The notes beneath the pieces were generated by a model. It was not told the origin of the DNA. It saw nothing but the letters and a program-made list of their open reading frames with translations, and made no database searches. A stretch of DNA of 64,000 nucleotides from Rhodospirillales bacterium (GTDB lineage: Bacteria > Pseudomonadota > Alphaproteobacteria > Rhodospirillales > Casp-alpha2), in the NCBI GenBank assembly GCA_051117645.1, contig JBNPEI010000001.1, positions 14,717 through 78,716 of the forward strand. Reading direction: 5' to 3'. Below, in pieces: positions 1 to 9,290 of this stretch; the first letter of the stretch is position 1; each line of letters begins with the position of its first letter. Position numbers and translations under genes: made by a program.

Positions 1-735
1 GAACACGCTGGTGATGCGGTCGCGCTCCAGCGCCTCGATGATCGTGTCCGGCTTGGCCGGCCCCATGAACACCTGCATGCCGCCCATCGCAAACGTCGGC
101 ATGATCAGCGTGTTGGTCCCGTGCGTCATGGGCGCGGCCAGCAGATTGCGATCGTCGCCGTCGAAGCCGAACTCGTGCAGCATGGACGTGATGCACGTAT
201 TCCAGACCCGGTACGTCTGCATGCAGCCCTTGGGCTGGCCGCTGGAGCCGCCGGTAAACTTGATCGCCTGCAAATCGTCCAGGTTCAGGTCGTGGCGTTT
301 CGGCTTTTGACCGTCGAACTTCTCGACCAGCGACGCGATATCGGTCCCGTCGGCACCGTCGCCAGGTTGACCGATCAGCCGTGTCGCGGCCCCGCTTTCG
401 ACCTTGTCCCGGCAATTCCCGTCGACAATGACGATACCGGGGCTCGTGACCTCGCAAATCCGGTCCAGTTCCGGCTTGCCGTTCCGGGGATTGAGCGGGA
501 TCCACGTCTTGCCCGCGGCGAATGTCGCCAGCCATGCCAGCAGGTGCTCGAAGGTGTTGTAGCCGCAAATGCCGACGCGGGTCTGCGGCGCCGGGTCGAT
601 ATCCTGCAGCGCCGCCGCAAGCGCATTGGTCCGGCGTGCCAGTTCGGCGTATGTCATTTCCATATCGCCGTTCTTGACGGCGATACGATCCGGAAAGCGT
701 TGCGCCGCGCGCAGGAAATGGTCGATCGGCAGCAT
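1..735 (-). CDS. AMP-dependent acyl-CoA synthetase/ligase, N-terminal ~245 codons (gene continues past window start)
   Basis: The minus-strand frame is open from the ATG at 735-733 to the window edge. It reads [24 protein letters not shown]...IKFTGGSSGQPKGCMQTYRVWN..., which contains the AMP-binding signature (T/S)GG(S/T)xGxPKG. It is absent from the ORF track because it runs off the window. Confidence 0.8.
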   Translation of the reverse strand, partial: MLPIDHFLRAAQRFPDRIAVKNGDMEMTYAELARRTNALAAALQDIDPAPQTRVGICGYNTFEHLLAWLATFAAGKTWIPLNPRNGKPELDRICEVTSPGIVIVDGNCRDKVESGAATRLIGQPGDGADGTDIASLVEKFDGQKPKRHDLNLDDLQAIKFTGGSSGQPKGCMQTYRVWNTCITSMLHEFGFDGDDRNLLAAPMTHGTNTLIMPTFAMGGMQVFMGPAKPDTIIEALERDRITSVF

Positions 736-1262
736 CAGACGCCGTCCTCGACCATTTCGGCCTTGAAGCGTTGCCAGCGCTCGACGTAATGGACCGCGAT
801 CCGCGTCAGGTCGGCGATCTGCTCCTCTTTCAATTGGCGGATAACGCGTCCGGGCGCGCCTACGACAAGCGAATTGTCGGGAATCTCCGTCCCCTCGGTG
901 ATCAATGCCTTGGCGCCGATGATGCAATTCTTGCCGATCTTGGCGCCGTTCAGCACCACCGCGCCGATGCCGATCAGGGAATTGTCGTCGACCGTGCAGC
1001 CGTGCAACATCGCCATGTGGCCGACCGTCACGCCCTTCCCCAGTTTCAGGGTATAGCCGGGATCCGTGTGCAGAACGCTGTTTTCCTGGATGTTCGAGCC
1101 TTCGCCGACGATGATCGGGTCGTTGTCACCGCGCAGTACGGCGCCGAACCAGACGCTTGCGTCCTTTTCCAGAGTGACTTTGCCGATTACCGACGCCGTC
1201 GGGGCAATCCAGTAGTCGTCACCATGGGTCTGCACCCGGTGCTCGCCGAGTTTGTACTTCAT
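735..1262 (-). CDS. gamma-carbonic-anhydrase-like hexapeptide-repeat protein (YrdA/PaaY family)
   Basis: 175-aa ORF with left-handed beta-helix hexapeptide repeats ([47 protein letters not shown]). Its stop overlaps the start of the downstream ligase gene. Confidence 0.8.
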   Translation of the reverse strand: MKYKLGEHRVQTHGDDYWIAPTASVIGKVTLEKDASVWFGAVLRGDNDPIIVGEGSNIQENSVLHTDPGYTLKLGKGVTVGHMAMLHGCTVDDNSLIGIGAVVLNGAKIGKNCIIGAKALITEGTEIPDNSLVVGAPGRVIRQLKEEQIADLTRIAVHYVERWQRFKAEMVEDGV

Positions 1263-1319
1263 AAAAATCCTCCGTTGACTGGCAGGATTTTGGCATCCGG
1301 GGAAAGGGCTTGAAAGGGC

Positions 1320-2609
1320 CTAAATTTGCCAGCTTTTGCCGGAATTGATCAGTTCGAGGGCGTCTTCCGCGGATTGCGGCTTGGCGAAGTGATACCCTTG
1401 GCCGTAGTGACAGCCGAGTTCCTTGAGCTTCTCCTGCTGCGCGTCGTTCTCGATCCCCTCGGCGACGATGCTCATGCCGAGCGCGTGGGCGAGGCCGACG
1501 ATACTGTGCACGATACGGCGGCTGTTTTCCGTCTCGTCCATGCTGTTGACGAACGCTCGGTCGATCTTGAGCGTATCGAGCGGGAACATGTGCAGATAAC
1601 TGAGGCTGGAATAGCCTGTACCGAAGTCGTCGATGGCCAACGAGATCCCGAGCTCTTTCAGTTTCTTGAGCGCCTCGGCGGCATGATCCGGGTTCTCGAC
1701 CATCAGGGTTTCGGTGATCTCCAGCTTGACCTGATCCAGATGAACCTTGCTCTTGTTGATGATGCCGCCGATCAGATCGATCTCGTCCAGATCCGAGAGT
1801 TGCAGGCCTGACACGTTCGTGCTCATGAACGGCGACGTATCGTCGGGGTTCATCCTCGCGAACGCTTCGGCGAACGTAGCCTGATTGCGCAGGCTGGTTT
1901 CCAGCGCAAAACGGCCCAACTCGACGATCAGGCCTGTGTGCTCGGCGAGCGGAATGAAGTGTCCCGGCGACACGAACGAACCGTCGTCCTTCTGCCAGCG
2001 CATCAGCGCCTCGAAGCCGGCGATCTTGCCGGTGTCGAGCGAGATGATCGGCTGGTAGTGCATGCGGAATTCCTGCGCCTCGAGCGCGTTCATCAAATCG
2101 CGCTCGTCGTGGATACGCTGGAACGCCATAGCGCGGATTTCCTCCAGCGACGTATTCTTTTTGCCGTCGTCGATGTTCAGCCCGGAATAACGGTTCTGCG
2201 CGTTCCGGAAGCGCGTCAGCACGACCCGAAGGATAAGGTTCATCATCGGGTCGGCAGAGGTCAGCGGCTTGATGACTCGGGACCGCTGAATAACTATAAG
2301 CTCGGTTTCTTCGGTCGCGATCACGTCGGCGGAGCGCGGCGCGTCGTCGATCATCGACATCTCGCCGATGATCTCGCCGGGACCGAGCTTGGCCAGAACG
2401 ACATCGCCGCCATCCTTCTCGATGATGACGTCGACGACGCCCCGTTCTATGAAGTAGGCATGGTCCCCTGGCTCGCCTCGACGAAAGATTGTCTCTCCCG
2501 CCTGATACAAGCGCGAATATATGTTTTCAGGCAAGCGTTGCTCCCTTTCTGGGTATCGTCGCGGGTTAGGGTAAGCATGTTGATTCAATTCGGCAATAGC
2601 GGCCGTCAC
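1320..2609 (-). CDS. cyclic-nucleotide-binding domain / EAL-domain c-di-GMP phosphodiesterase fusion
   Basis: 429-aa ORF. The N-terminus has a Crp/CAP-type cNMP-binding module (FRRGEPGDHAYFIERGVVDV...GEIIGEMSMID). The C-terminus has EAL-domain motifs (FEALMRW, EITE, DDFGTGYSSLSYL, KIDRAFV, EGIE, QGY). Confidence 0.85.
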   Translation of the reverse strand: MTAAIAELNQHAYPNPRRYPEREQRLPENIYSRLYQAGETIFRRGEPGDHAYFIERGVVDVIIEKDGGDVVLAKLGPGEIIGEMSMIDDAPRSADVIATEETELIVIQRSRVIKPLTSADPMMNLILRVVLTRFRNAQNRYSGLNIDDGKKNTSLEEIRAMAFQRIHDERDLMNALEAQEFRMHYQPIISLDTGKIAGFEALMRWQKDDGSFVSPGHFIPLAEHTGLIVELGRFALETSLRNQATFAEAFARMNPDDTSPFMSTNVSGLQLSDLDEIDLIGGIINKSKVHLDQVKLEITETLMVENPDHAAEALKKLKELGISLAIDDFGTGYSSLSYLHMFPLDTLKIDRAFVNSMDETENSRRIVHSIVGLAHALGMSIVAEGIENDAQQEKLKELGCHYGQGYHFAKPQSAEDALELINSGKSWQI

Positions 2610-3448
2610 AGCATCCCGCCGGGGATCCCGAGGGCGTGCTGCGTGAGTTCGGCGGTGACGTAGTCAAATGCCTCATCGATATCGTCAGTAATCAGGAAGA
2701 GATCAAGATCATCGGGGTTGATCGTCCCGGCGTTGACGAGTGTGTCGAGATTTATCGCTTCGTCCCAGAAGGACTTGCCGAACAATACCGTCGGCACCTT
2801 TTTCTTGAGTTTTCCGGTCTGCATCAGCGTCAGGGTCTCGAAGAACTCATCCATGGTGCCGAAGCCGCCCGGGAACACCAGCATCGCCTTGGCGAGATAC
2901 ATGAACCAGAACTTGCGCATGAAGAAGTAATGAAACTCGAAACCGAGTTCCCGCGTCACATACGGGTTCTCATGCTGTTCGTGCGGCAGCGAGATGTTGA
3001 GGCCGATGTTGATTCCGGCCGCTTCCGACGCGCCACGGTTCGCCGCTTCCATGATGCCCGGTCCGCCGCCGGTGCAGACCACGAACCGCCGGCGCGAGCC
3101 TTCCAGCGTCTTCGACCAGGTCGTCAGCCGGTTCGCAAGCGTCCGTGCGGCCTCGTAATATCGCGACATGGCGAGCACGCGCTCGGCTTCGGCCATGTCG
3201 CCGCCGTGACGTTCCGCGGCATCCAGATGCTTTTCCGCATCTTCCCGGCTCTTGATCCGGGCCGAGCCGAAGAACACGATCGTATCGGCGATGTTGTACT
3301 CGGCGAAGCGCGCGTTCGGTTCCAGGTACTCCGACAGAATCCGTACCGAGCGCGCGTCGGGACTGTGCATGAACTCCGGGTTCTCGTAAGCCTTGACCGG
3401 ATCCGGACGATCCGCGCCGCTGCCGCTGCTCTGGCCGCGCTTGGCCAC
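2606..3448 (-). CDS. LOG-family / TIGR00730-type nucleotide 5'-monophosphate nucleosidase-like protein
   Basis: 280-aa ORF with GGGPGIMEA and PGGFGTMDEFFE motifs typical of the LOG/lysine-decarboxylase-like family. It overlaps the EAL gene by 4 nt. Confidence 0.8.
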   Translation of the reverse strand: MAKRGQSSGSGADRPDPVKAYENPEFMHSPDARSVRILSEYLEPNARFAEYNIADTIVFFGSARIKSREDAEKHLDAAERHGGDMAEAERVLAMSRYYEAARTLANRLTTWSKTLEGSRRRFVVCTGGGPGIMEAANRGASEAAGINIGLNISLPHEQHENPYVTRELGFEFHYFFMRKFWFMYLAKAMLVFPGGFGTMDEFFETLTLMQTGKLKKKVPTVLFGKSFWDEAINLDTLVNAGTINPDDLDLFLITDDIDEAFDYVTAELTQHALGIPGGML

Positions 3449-3453
3449 GGCGC

Positions 3454-3918
3454 CTACTTGCCCCCGCTCTTGACGGCCCAGCGCTCGGCCGCTTCGTCGT
3501 CACTGCTTCGTGCATCGACCCATTTGGGGCCGTCGGCGGTATCCTCCAGTTTCCAGAACGGGGCTCGGGTCTTGAGGAAATCGATCAGGTAGTGGCAGGC
3601 CTCGAATGCTGCCTCGCGGTGCGCGGACGCCGCCGCGACTAATACGATCTGATCGCCCGGCTCAAGCCGGCCGTAACGGTGAATAATGAGCGTCTCCTCC
3701 AACGGCCAGCGCGCTTGCGCCTCGGCTTCGATCTCTTCGAGCGCACGCTCGGTCATGCCCGGGTAGTGCTCCAGTGTCATGGCGCCGATCTCCGCATCAC
3801 CGGCCATATCACGGACAAGACCGACGAAGGAGCAAAGCCCGCCGATCCCGGTCCTGCCTGCACTCAGCGCCTTCAGCTCGGCACCGAGATCGAAATCCTC
3901 CTCCTGCACGCGGATCAT
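3454..3918 (-). CDS. moaE: molybdopterin synthase catalytic subunit
   Basis: 154-aa ORF of MoaE size and sequence character (LEHYPGMTE...IIHRYG.L.PGD.IVLVA..SAHR..AF), located immediately downstream of moaD. Confidence 0.85.
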   Translation of the reverse strand: MIRVQEEDFDLGAELKALSAGRTGIGGLCSFVGLVRDMAGDAEIGAMTLEHYPGMTERALEEIEAEAQARWPLEETLIIHRYGRLEPGDQIVLVAAASAHREAAFEACHYLIDFLKTRAPFWKLEDTADGPKWVDARSSDDEAAERWAVKSGGK

Positions 3919-3919
3919 C

Positions 3920-4171
3920 TCAACCTCCGGTCACCGGCGGGAAGAACGCGATTTCGTCGCCATCGGCGACGGGGTGCGACACGTCCACGTGTTCCTGGTT
4001 GACGGCGGCGCGCACCATCGCGGTATCCTCGAACGCTTCGGCGTAGCCGCTGCCGCGTCCGGCCAGCCAGCCGACCAGATCGCCGACCGTTGCCACGCCA
4101 TCCGGGCACGCCAGTTCCTCCGACGCCGTGCCGACGCGTTCCCGCACCCATGCGAAATAAAGAAGTTTCAA
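3920..4171 (-). CDS. moaD: molybdopterin synthase sulfur-carrier subunit
   Basis: 83-aa ORF ending in the diagnostic C-terminal GG (FFPPVTGG). Its stop abuts the moaE start. Confidence 0.8.
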   Translation of the reverse strand: MKLLYFAWVRERVGTASEELACPDGVATVGDLVGWLAGRGSGYAEAFEDTAMVRAAVNQEHVDVSHPVADGDEIAFFPPVTGG

Positions 4172-4175
4172 TATC

Positions 4176-5435
4176 CTACCCCGACAATAAGCCGCTGAAA
4201 GGAATGTAAGTCACGCTCGCCCCGGCTTCCAGCCTCTCGACGTCTTCGCCGACCTCGACCAGGCCGTCGGCGCCGGCCATGGAGGTCAGGATACCGGCAC
4301 CGCTGGAATGATGTTTGCGCGCCACCGGCGCACCGTCCGCGCCGCTATCGAGCGCAACCCGCACCCATTCGCGGCGACCGCGTTTCTTCTTGTACTCGAA
4401 ATCGGTCGGAACCCGGAGTCGCGCGGCGCGGTAACCGGTCTCGCCGGCGAGCTGGCGCAGCATCGGCTGCGCGATCATCAGGAACGTCACCATGGCGGCA
4501 ACCGGGTTGCCCGGAAGCCCGATGAACGCCGCATCCCCCGCCTGACCCAACGCGATGGGACGGCCCGGCTTGATAGCGAGCCGCCAGAAATGAATGCTGC
4601 CGAGCTTCTCGACGGCCGCCTTGACGTGGTCCTCCTCGCCGGCGGAGACGCCGCCCGACGTCATCAGCACGTGCTGACCACCCGCCGCCTGCCCGAGCGC
4701 GTCGGCAATCGCCGTCTCGTTGTCCGGCAGGATGCCCAGGTCGGTCACGACGACGCCAAGCCGTTCCAGCATCGCCATAACAGCGAAGCGATTGGCGTCA
4801 TAGATGCATCCCTCCGGCGCATCGTCCGACGGGTCGCGAACCTCGTCGCCGGTGGAAAACACGGCGACCCGGAGCGGCGCGTAGACCGTCAGCGCGTTGC
4901 GGCCGACGGATGCGGCGAGCCCGACGTCCTGCGGTCTGAGCTGCATGCCCGCCCGCACGATGACATCGCCGGATTTCACGTCTTCGCCGGCGAAACGGCG
5001 GTTGGCCCCCTGCTTCAGGCCCGCCGGCAGGATCACGTCGTCACCCGAAGGCGTGCAATCCTCTTCCATGAACACAGTGTCCATGCCCGCCGGCATGGGC
5101 GCGCCGGTGAATATCCGCACCGCCTCGCCGGGCCTGGCATCGCGGCCCAGCGGATGACCCGCGGCGACCCGGCCGGTAAGCGGCAGCCGCGTTTCGGCGT
5201 CGGCGGCAAGGTCGCTGAAGAAGACGGCGTAGCCGTCGACGGCGCTGTTGTCGTGCGGCGGCACGTTGCGGTCCGAGACGATATCCTCGGCCAGCACGCG
5301 CCCGGCGGCTTTCACCAGCGGCACGGTTTCCGTCTCGACGACCGGCGCGAGCCGTTTCGCGAGGTCGGCCATTGCATCCTCGTAAGGGATCAGTGCATCG
5401 CCGAAGGCGAAGCAGTCGTCCTTAAGCTGCGCCAT
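4176..5435 (-). CDS. moeA: molybdopterin molybdenumtransferase
   Basis: 419-aa ORF with a MoeA-like layout (VPPHDNSAVDGYAV, TGAPMP.G.D, STGDE, TSGGVS.G..D, LPGNPV). Confidence 0.9.
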   Translation of the reverse strand: MAQLKDDCFAFGDALIPYEDAMADLAKRLAPVVETETVPLVKAAGRVLAEDIVSDRNVPPHDNSAVDGYAVFFSDLAADAETRLPLTGRVAAGHPLGRDARPGEAVRIFTGAPMPAGMDTVFMEEDCTPSGDDVILPAGLKQGANRRFAGEDVKSGDVIVRAGMQLRPQDVGLAASVGRNALTVYAPLRVAVFSTGDEVRDPSDDAPEGCIYDANRFAVMAMLERLGVVVTDLGILPDNETAIADALGQAAGGQHVLMTSGGVSAGEEDHVKAAVEKLGSIHFWRLAIKPGRPIALGQAGDAAFIGLPGNPVAAMVTFLMIAQPMLRQLAGETGYRAARLRVPTDFEYKKKRGRREWVRVALDSGADGAPVARKHHSSGAGILTSMAGADGLVEVGEDVERLEAGASVTYIPFSGLLSG

Positions 5436-5940
5436 GGCGCCGCTCCGCCGGCAGATCGCAGAACTGGATCACGAAATCGGCCACACCCTCGATATCGTCG
5501 AGGTCGATCCGGGGGACATTGACGTCGAGATCGTCGGTCGTCGCGATGGCGACGATGCTCGGATCGTCGCCGCAAAGCATAGGCTTGCCGACCTCGGCGC
5601 GATAAACCTCCATCTTCGGATGCGGGTAGGTCTTGAACCCTTCGATCAAGACCAGATCGACCGGCGACATGTGTTCCAGCATCCGTTCGATGTTGGGCTC
5701 CGGTTCCCCCCGGTTCTCGTGCAGGAGCGCCCAGCGCTGCGCGCCGGTGATGACCACCTCATGCGCGCCGGCCGTACGATGTTCGAACGAGTCCTTGCCG
5801 GGCTTGTCGATATCGAAATTGTGGTGCGTGTGCTTGATTGTCGAAATTTTCAGGCCGCGCTCGATCAGTTCGGGGATGACGCGTTTGACCAGCGTCGTCT
5901 TGCCGCTACCGCTCCAGCCCGCGAAACCGAAAATCTTCAT
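5422..5940 (-). CDS. mobB: molybdopterin-guanine dinucleotide biosynthesis adaptor protein
   Basis: 172-aa ORF with the N-terminal P-loop GWSGSGKTTL and the IKH.HH motif typical of MobB. It overlaps moeA by 14 nt. Confidence 0.85.
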   Translation of the reverse strand: MKIFGFAGWSGSGKTTLVKRVIPELIERGLKISTIKHTHHNFDIDKPGKDSFEHRTAGAHEVVITGAQRWALLHENRGEPEPNIERMLEHMSPVDLVLIEGFKTYPHPKMEVYRAEVGKPMLCGDDPSIVAIATTDDLDVNVPRIDLDDIEGVADFVIQFCDLPAERRHGAA

Positions 5941-6015
5941 ACCCGGATGCCCCCGATTGGCCGTTTCGACCTATTATCACAATTATTGGAAATATCGTTG
6001 CCCGATGCGTCCGGA

Positions 6016-6687
6016 TCAACCGGTGGTGCGCATTTTCCCGCTGTCCGCATCGGCATCGGTTTTGGCTTTCTCCGGTCCGGCATCGGCCTTTTCCGATGCG
6101 GCTTCGGCCTTGTTATCGACCGCAGCGATCTGGCGCAGGCCGACGATCAGATAGTCCGCCCCGGTGACCAGCGTCAGCAGCGCCGCCCCCCAAAGCCCGA
6201 TGACGCCGATCTCGGTCGTCGTCACCGGCCCGAAGTCGGGTCCGGCCGGGCCCACCAACAGGAACCCGAGCGCCAGCATCTGGATGGTCGTTTTCCATTT
6301 GGCGAGCGCCGTCACCGGCATCGAGACTCGGACCTCTGCCAGAAACTCGCGAAGTCCCGAGACCAATATCTCGCGGCACAGGATGACCGCCGCCGGGAGT
6401 ACCGTGACACCGTTGACCTGATCGACGCCGACGAGGACCAGCAGCACGGAGGCTACCAACAGCTTGTCGGCGATCGGATCCAGAAAACGGCCGAAGGCGG
6501 ATTGCTGCGACAGCGCGCGTGCCAGATAACCGTCGAAGAAGTCGGTCACGCAAGCCAGCGTATAAAATGAAAAGGCGATCCAATTGGCGAGCGGCATGTC
6601 CAGAAAGATCAACGAAAGGACGAGAAGCGGAATCGCGGCGATCCGCCCGATCGTCAGCATATTGGGAATCTTTGTCAGCATGGCCAT
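6016..6687 (-). CDS. pgsA: CDP-alcohol phosphatidyltransferase (CDP-diacylglycerol--glycerol-3-phosphate 3-phosphatidyltransferase-like)
   Basis: 223-aa multi-TM ORF with the CDP-alcohol transferase motif DFFDGYLAR...G.FLDPIADK. It sits in the usual position downstream of uvrC in alphaproteobacterial gene order. Confidence 0.8.
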   Translation of the reverse strand: MAMLTKIPNMLTIGRIAAIPLLVLSLIFLDMPLANWIAFSFYTLACVTDFFDGYLARALSQQSAFGRFLDPIADKLLVASVLLVLVGVDQVNGVTVLPAAVILCREILVSGLREFLAEVRVSMPVTALAKWKTTIQMLALGFLLVGPAGPDFGPVTTTEIGVIGLWGAALLTLVTGADYLIVGLRQIAAVDNKAEAASEKADAGPEKAKTDADADSGKMRTTG

Positions 6688-6738
6688 CGCCCCGGGTGAG
6701 TAACGTGGACATCGAGCCCCCGCTCACCTCTATTTCTA

Positions 6739-7032
6739 TCAGGTTCCGGACGGCGTTGAAACCTGATCCATGCCGGAAATGCGCTTCTGGGCGTCCTGGC
6801 TTGGCAAAACGGGCACAACATGGAAGCTGACGATATCATCCCAGTGTGACATCCATGCGTCGAGAAGCGTCCGCTTTTCCGTTGCCATGACCTGATAGCA
6901 TCGGCTCATGTCTTCGCTGACCCAACTGTCCACGTATGTGACGCCGTTCGGCAGCATGCGGCCCTTTTCACGAAAACGCTCGTAAACCACGTCGGCGCCC
7001 CGATCGAAGGTCTCGATCACCATGTAGAGCAT
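6739..7032 (-). CDS. small conserved protein, DUF3303-like
   Basis: 97-aa ORF MLYMVIETFDRG...YERFREKGRMLPNGVTYVDSWV. I recognise this as resembling the DUF3303 family from memory only. Confidence 0.55.
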   Translation of the reverse strand: MLYMVIETFDRGADVVYERFREKGRMLPNGVTYVDSWVSEDMSRCYQVMATEKRTLLDAWMSHWDDIVSFHVVPVLPSQDAQKRISGMDQVSTPSGT

Positions 7033-7035
7033 CGG

Positions 7036-8937
7036 TCAGTCCTCCGGATGGAACCAGTCGTAGATTTTCCTGGCCATGGCGCGGCTGACGCCTTCGACGT
7101 TCTCCAGGTCCTTGACGCCCGCGGTCGCGACCGACTGTGCCGCTCCGAAGTGATGCAGCAGGGCTTTCTTGCGCTTGGCGCCGATTCCGGGCACCTCGTC
7201 GAGGATCGACCGGCTGATCTGCTTGCCGCGCTTGGCCCGGTGCGTGCCGATGGCAAAACGATGCGCCTCGTCGCGGATACGCTGCAGGAAATAGAGCACC
7301 GGGTCCTTGTGGCCGAGTTGAATCGGTTCGGTCCGCGCCGGCAGGAAGATCTTCTCGCGCCCGGCATTCCGGTCCGGCCCCTTGGCGATGGCGGCAAGCG
7401 GCACATCCTCGATCCCCAGTTGCTCGAACACATCCGTGGCGGCCGAAAGCTGGCCCCTGCCGCCGTCGACCAGCACGAGATCCGGCCACTGGCCCTTGGT
7501 GCGGTCGGGATCCTCCTTGAGCGCGCGCGAGAACCGGCGTTCCAGCACTTCGCGCATCATATCGTAGTCGTCGCCCGCCGAGGCGCCGCCCGTGCCGGCG
7601 CGGCGGATGTTGAACTTGCGGTACGCATTCTTCATGAACCCCTCGGTGCCGACGACGATCATCGCACCGATGGCGTTGGTGCCCGAAACGTGCGAGTTGT
7701 CATAGACCTCAATCCGCTCCGGCGCGCCGTCGAGGCCGAGCGCATCGGAAATCCCCTCCAGCAGTTTGCGCTGGGAGGCACTTTCCGACATGCGCCGGGC
7801 CAGCGCATCGCGGGCGTTGGCGGCGGCGTTGTCGACGACGCGTTTTTTCTCGCCCCGTGTCGGCACGCGGATTTCGACCTTGCGGTCGGCACGGACCCGG
7901 AGCGCTTCCTGCACCAGTCCCCGGTTGGGGATTTTGTGCGACGCCAGAATCAGCGGGGCCGGCATGGTGCGCGAATAAAACTGACCGATGAACGCTTCCA
8001 GCACCTCTTCCGGCGTATCCTCCTTGGCGTGCGTCGGGAAATAGGCGCGGTTCCCGTAACTGCGTGCACCACGATAGAAAAACACTTCGACGCAGGTCTG
8101 GCCGCCGTCCTGATGCACGGCGATGACGTCGGCGTCGTCGAGCCCGGCGCTGAAGGCCTCGTGCCGTGACTGCACGCGGGTCAGGGCCTGGATACGGTCG
8201 CGGTACTGCGCCGCCAGTTCGAATTCGAGGTTATCGGACGCCGCCTGCATGTTCTCGGCGAGTTTTCTCTGGATACGCTGGCTGTCGCCGGTCAGGAACT
8301 CGCGCGCCTCGTCGACGAGGCCGTTGTATTCGTCTTTCGAGATGCGATCGACGCAGGGTCCGGAGCAGCGCTTGATCTGATACAGGAGGCACGGCCGCGA
8401 GCGGTTGGCGAATACATTGTCGGAGCACGTCCGCAAAAGAAACGCCCGCTGCAGCAACCCCAGCGTGTCGTTGACCGCCCACACCGAGGCGAACGGGCCG
8501 AAGTACTCACCCCTGCGGTTCCGGGCGCCCCGGTACTTGACGATCTGCGGGTAGTCGTGGTCGCCGGTGACGAGGATCATCGGGAACGACTTGTCGTCGC
8601 GCAGAAGAATATTGTAGCGCGGCGCGTAGCGCTTGATCAGGTCGGATTCCAGCAACAGCGCCTCGGCCTCGGTCTCGGTCTTGACGATTTCCAGGTCGAC
8701 CGTCTGCGCGATCATGCGACGGATCCGGATCGTCTGCCGGTTCGGGTTGGTATAGCTGGTGACGCGCTTGCGGATATTCTTTGCCTTGCCGACGTAAAGC
8801 ACGTCGCCCGCTTCGTTGAGCATCCGATAGACGCCGGGTGACGTGGGCAGGCCGGACAGCCGGGCGCGGATCGCGTCGGCGCCTTTCTCATCGCCTTCCG
8901 CCGGCGCGGCTTGGGTCTCTGTCGGCTGATCTGGCAT
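7036..8937 (-). CDS. uvrC: excinuclease ABC subunit C
   Basis: 633-aa ORF with an N-terminal GIY-YIG motif (GVYRMLNEAGDVLYVGKAKNIRKRV), a UvrBC-interaction region, an endonuclease V-like domain and a C-terminal (HhH)2 (VPGIGAKRKKALLHHFG). Confidence 0.95.
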   Translation of the reverse strand: MPDQPTETQAAPAEGDEKGADAIRARLSGLPTSPGVYRMLNEAGDVLYVGKAKNIRKRVTSYTNPNRQTIRIRRMIAQTVDLEIVKTETEAEALLLESDLIKRYAPRYNILLRDDKSFPMILVTGDHDYPQIVKYRGARNRRGEYFGPFASVWAVNDTLGLLQRAFLLRTCSDNVFANRSRPCLLYQIKRCSGPCVDRISKDEYNGLVDEAREFLTGDSQRIQRKLAENMQAASDNLEFELAAQYRDRIQALTRVQSRHEAFSAGLDDADVIAVHQDGGQTCVEVFFYRGARSYGNRAYFPTHAKEDTPEEVLEAFIGQFYSRTMPAPLILASHKIPNRGLVQEALRVRADRKVEIRVPTRGEKKRVVDNAAANARDALARRMSESASQRKLLEGISDALGLDGAPERIEVYDNSHVSGTNAIGAMIVVGTEGFMKNAYRKFNIRRAGTGGASAGDDYDMMREVLERRFSRALKEDPDRTKGQWPDLVLVDGGRGQLSAATDVFEQLGIEDVPLAAIAKGPDRNAGREKIFLPARTEPIQLGHKDPVLYFLQRIRDEAHRFAIGTHRAKRGKQISRSILDEVPGIGAKRKKALLHHFGAAQSVATAGVKDLENVEGVSRAMARKIYDWFHPED

Positions 8938-9017
8938 GTCTGTTATTTCAGCAGATTGGGACGGCGCGTCAACCGAACGACACGGGATCGGTCGACCGGA
9001 TCAGGTTAACCATGAAC

Positions 9018-9040
9018 CTATCCACGATTCCTGTGGATAA
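9018..9040. promoter_or_regulatory. inverted pair of DnaA-box-like 9-mers upstream of uvrC
   Basis: CTATCCACG (9018-9026) matches the TTATCCACA consensus at 7 of 9 positions. TGTGGATAA (9032-9040) is its perfect reverse complement. Together they form the palindrome TATCCAC-N7-GTGGATA. Confidence 0.4.
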
Positions 9041-9290
9041 CCATGTTGAAAAATGCCCGAACCCGGAAAAATCGTTATGAATCAGTGGGGCTTAATCAAA
9101 GTGATTAAAAAATAGGCACACAATTAACCTATTGAAATAGCTTGATTATTTTTAAAAACCTGCACTTCGGAAGTACGGGTTTAATATGCACGCCATCCTC
9201 GCGTAACATTGGGAAAATTGTGCAAAACAGCGCGCCGAGAGAACCTTCACCTGACATTTAAAGGCGAGTATTCGTCTTTTTATTAACTAT

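Noticed and set aside
8938-9290. Chromosomal replication origin (oriC).
   Set aside because: Only one inverted pair of DnaA boxes is visible, not a cluster. The flanking genes (uvrC, folB) are not the usual alphaproteobacterial origin neighbours.
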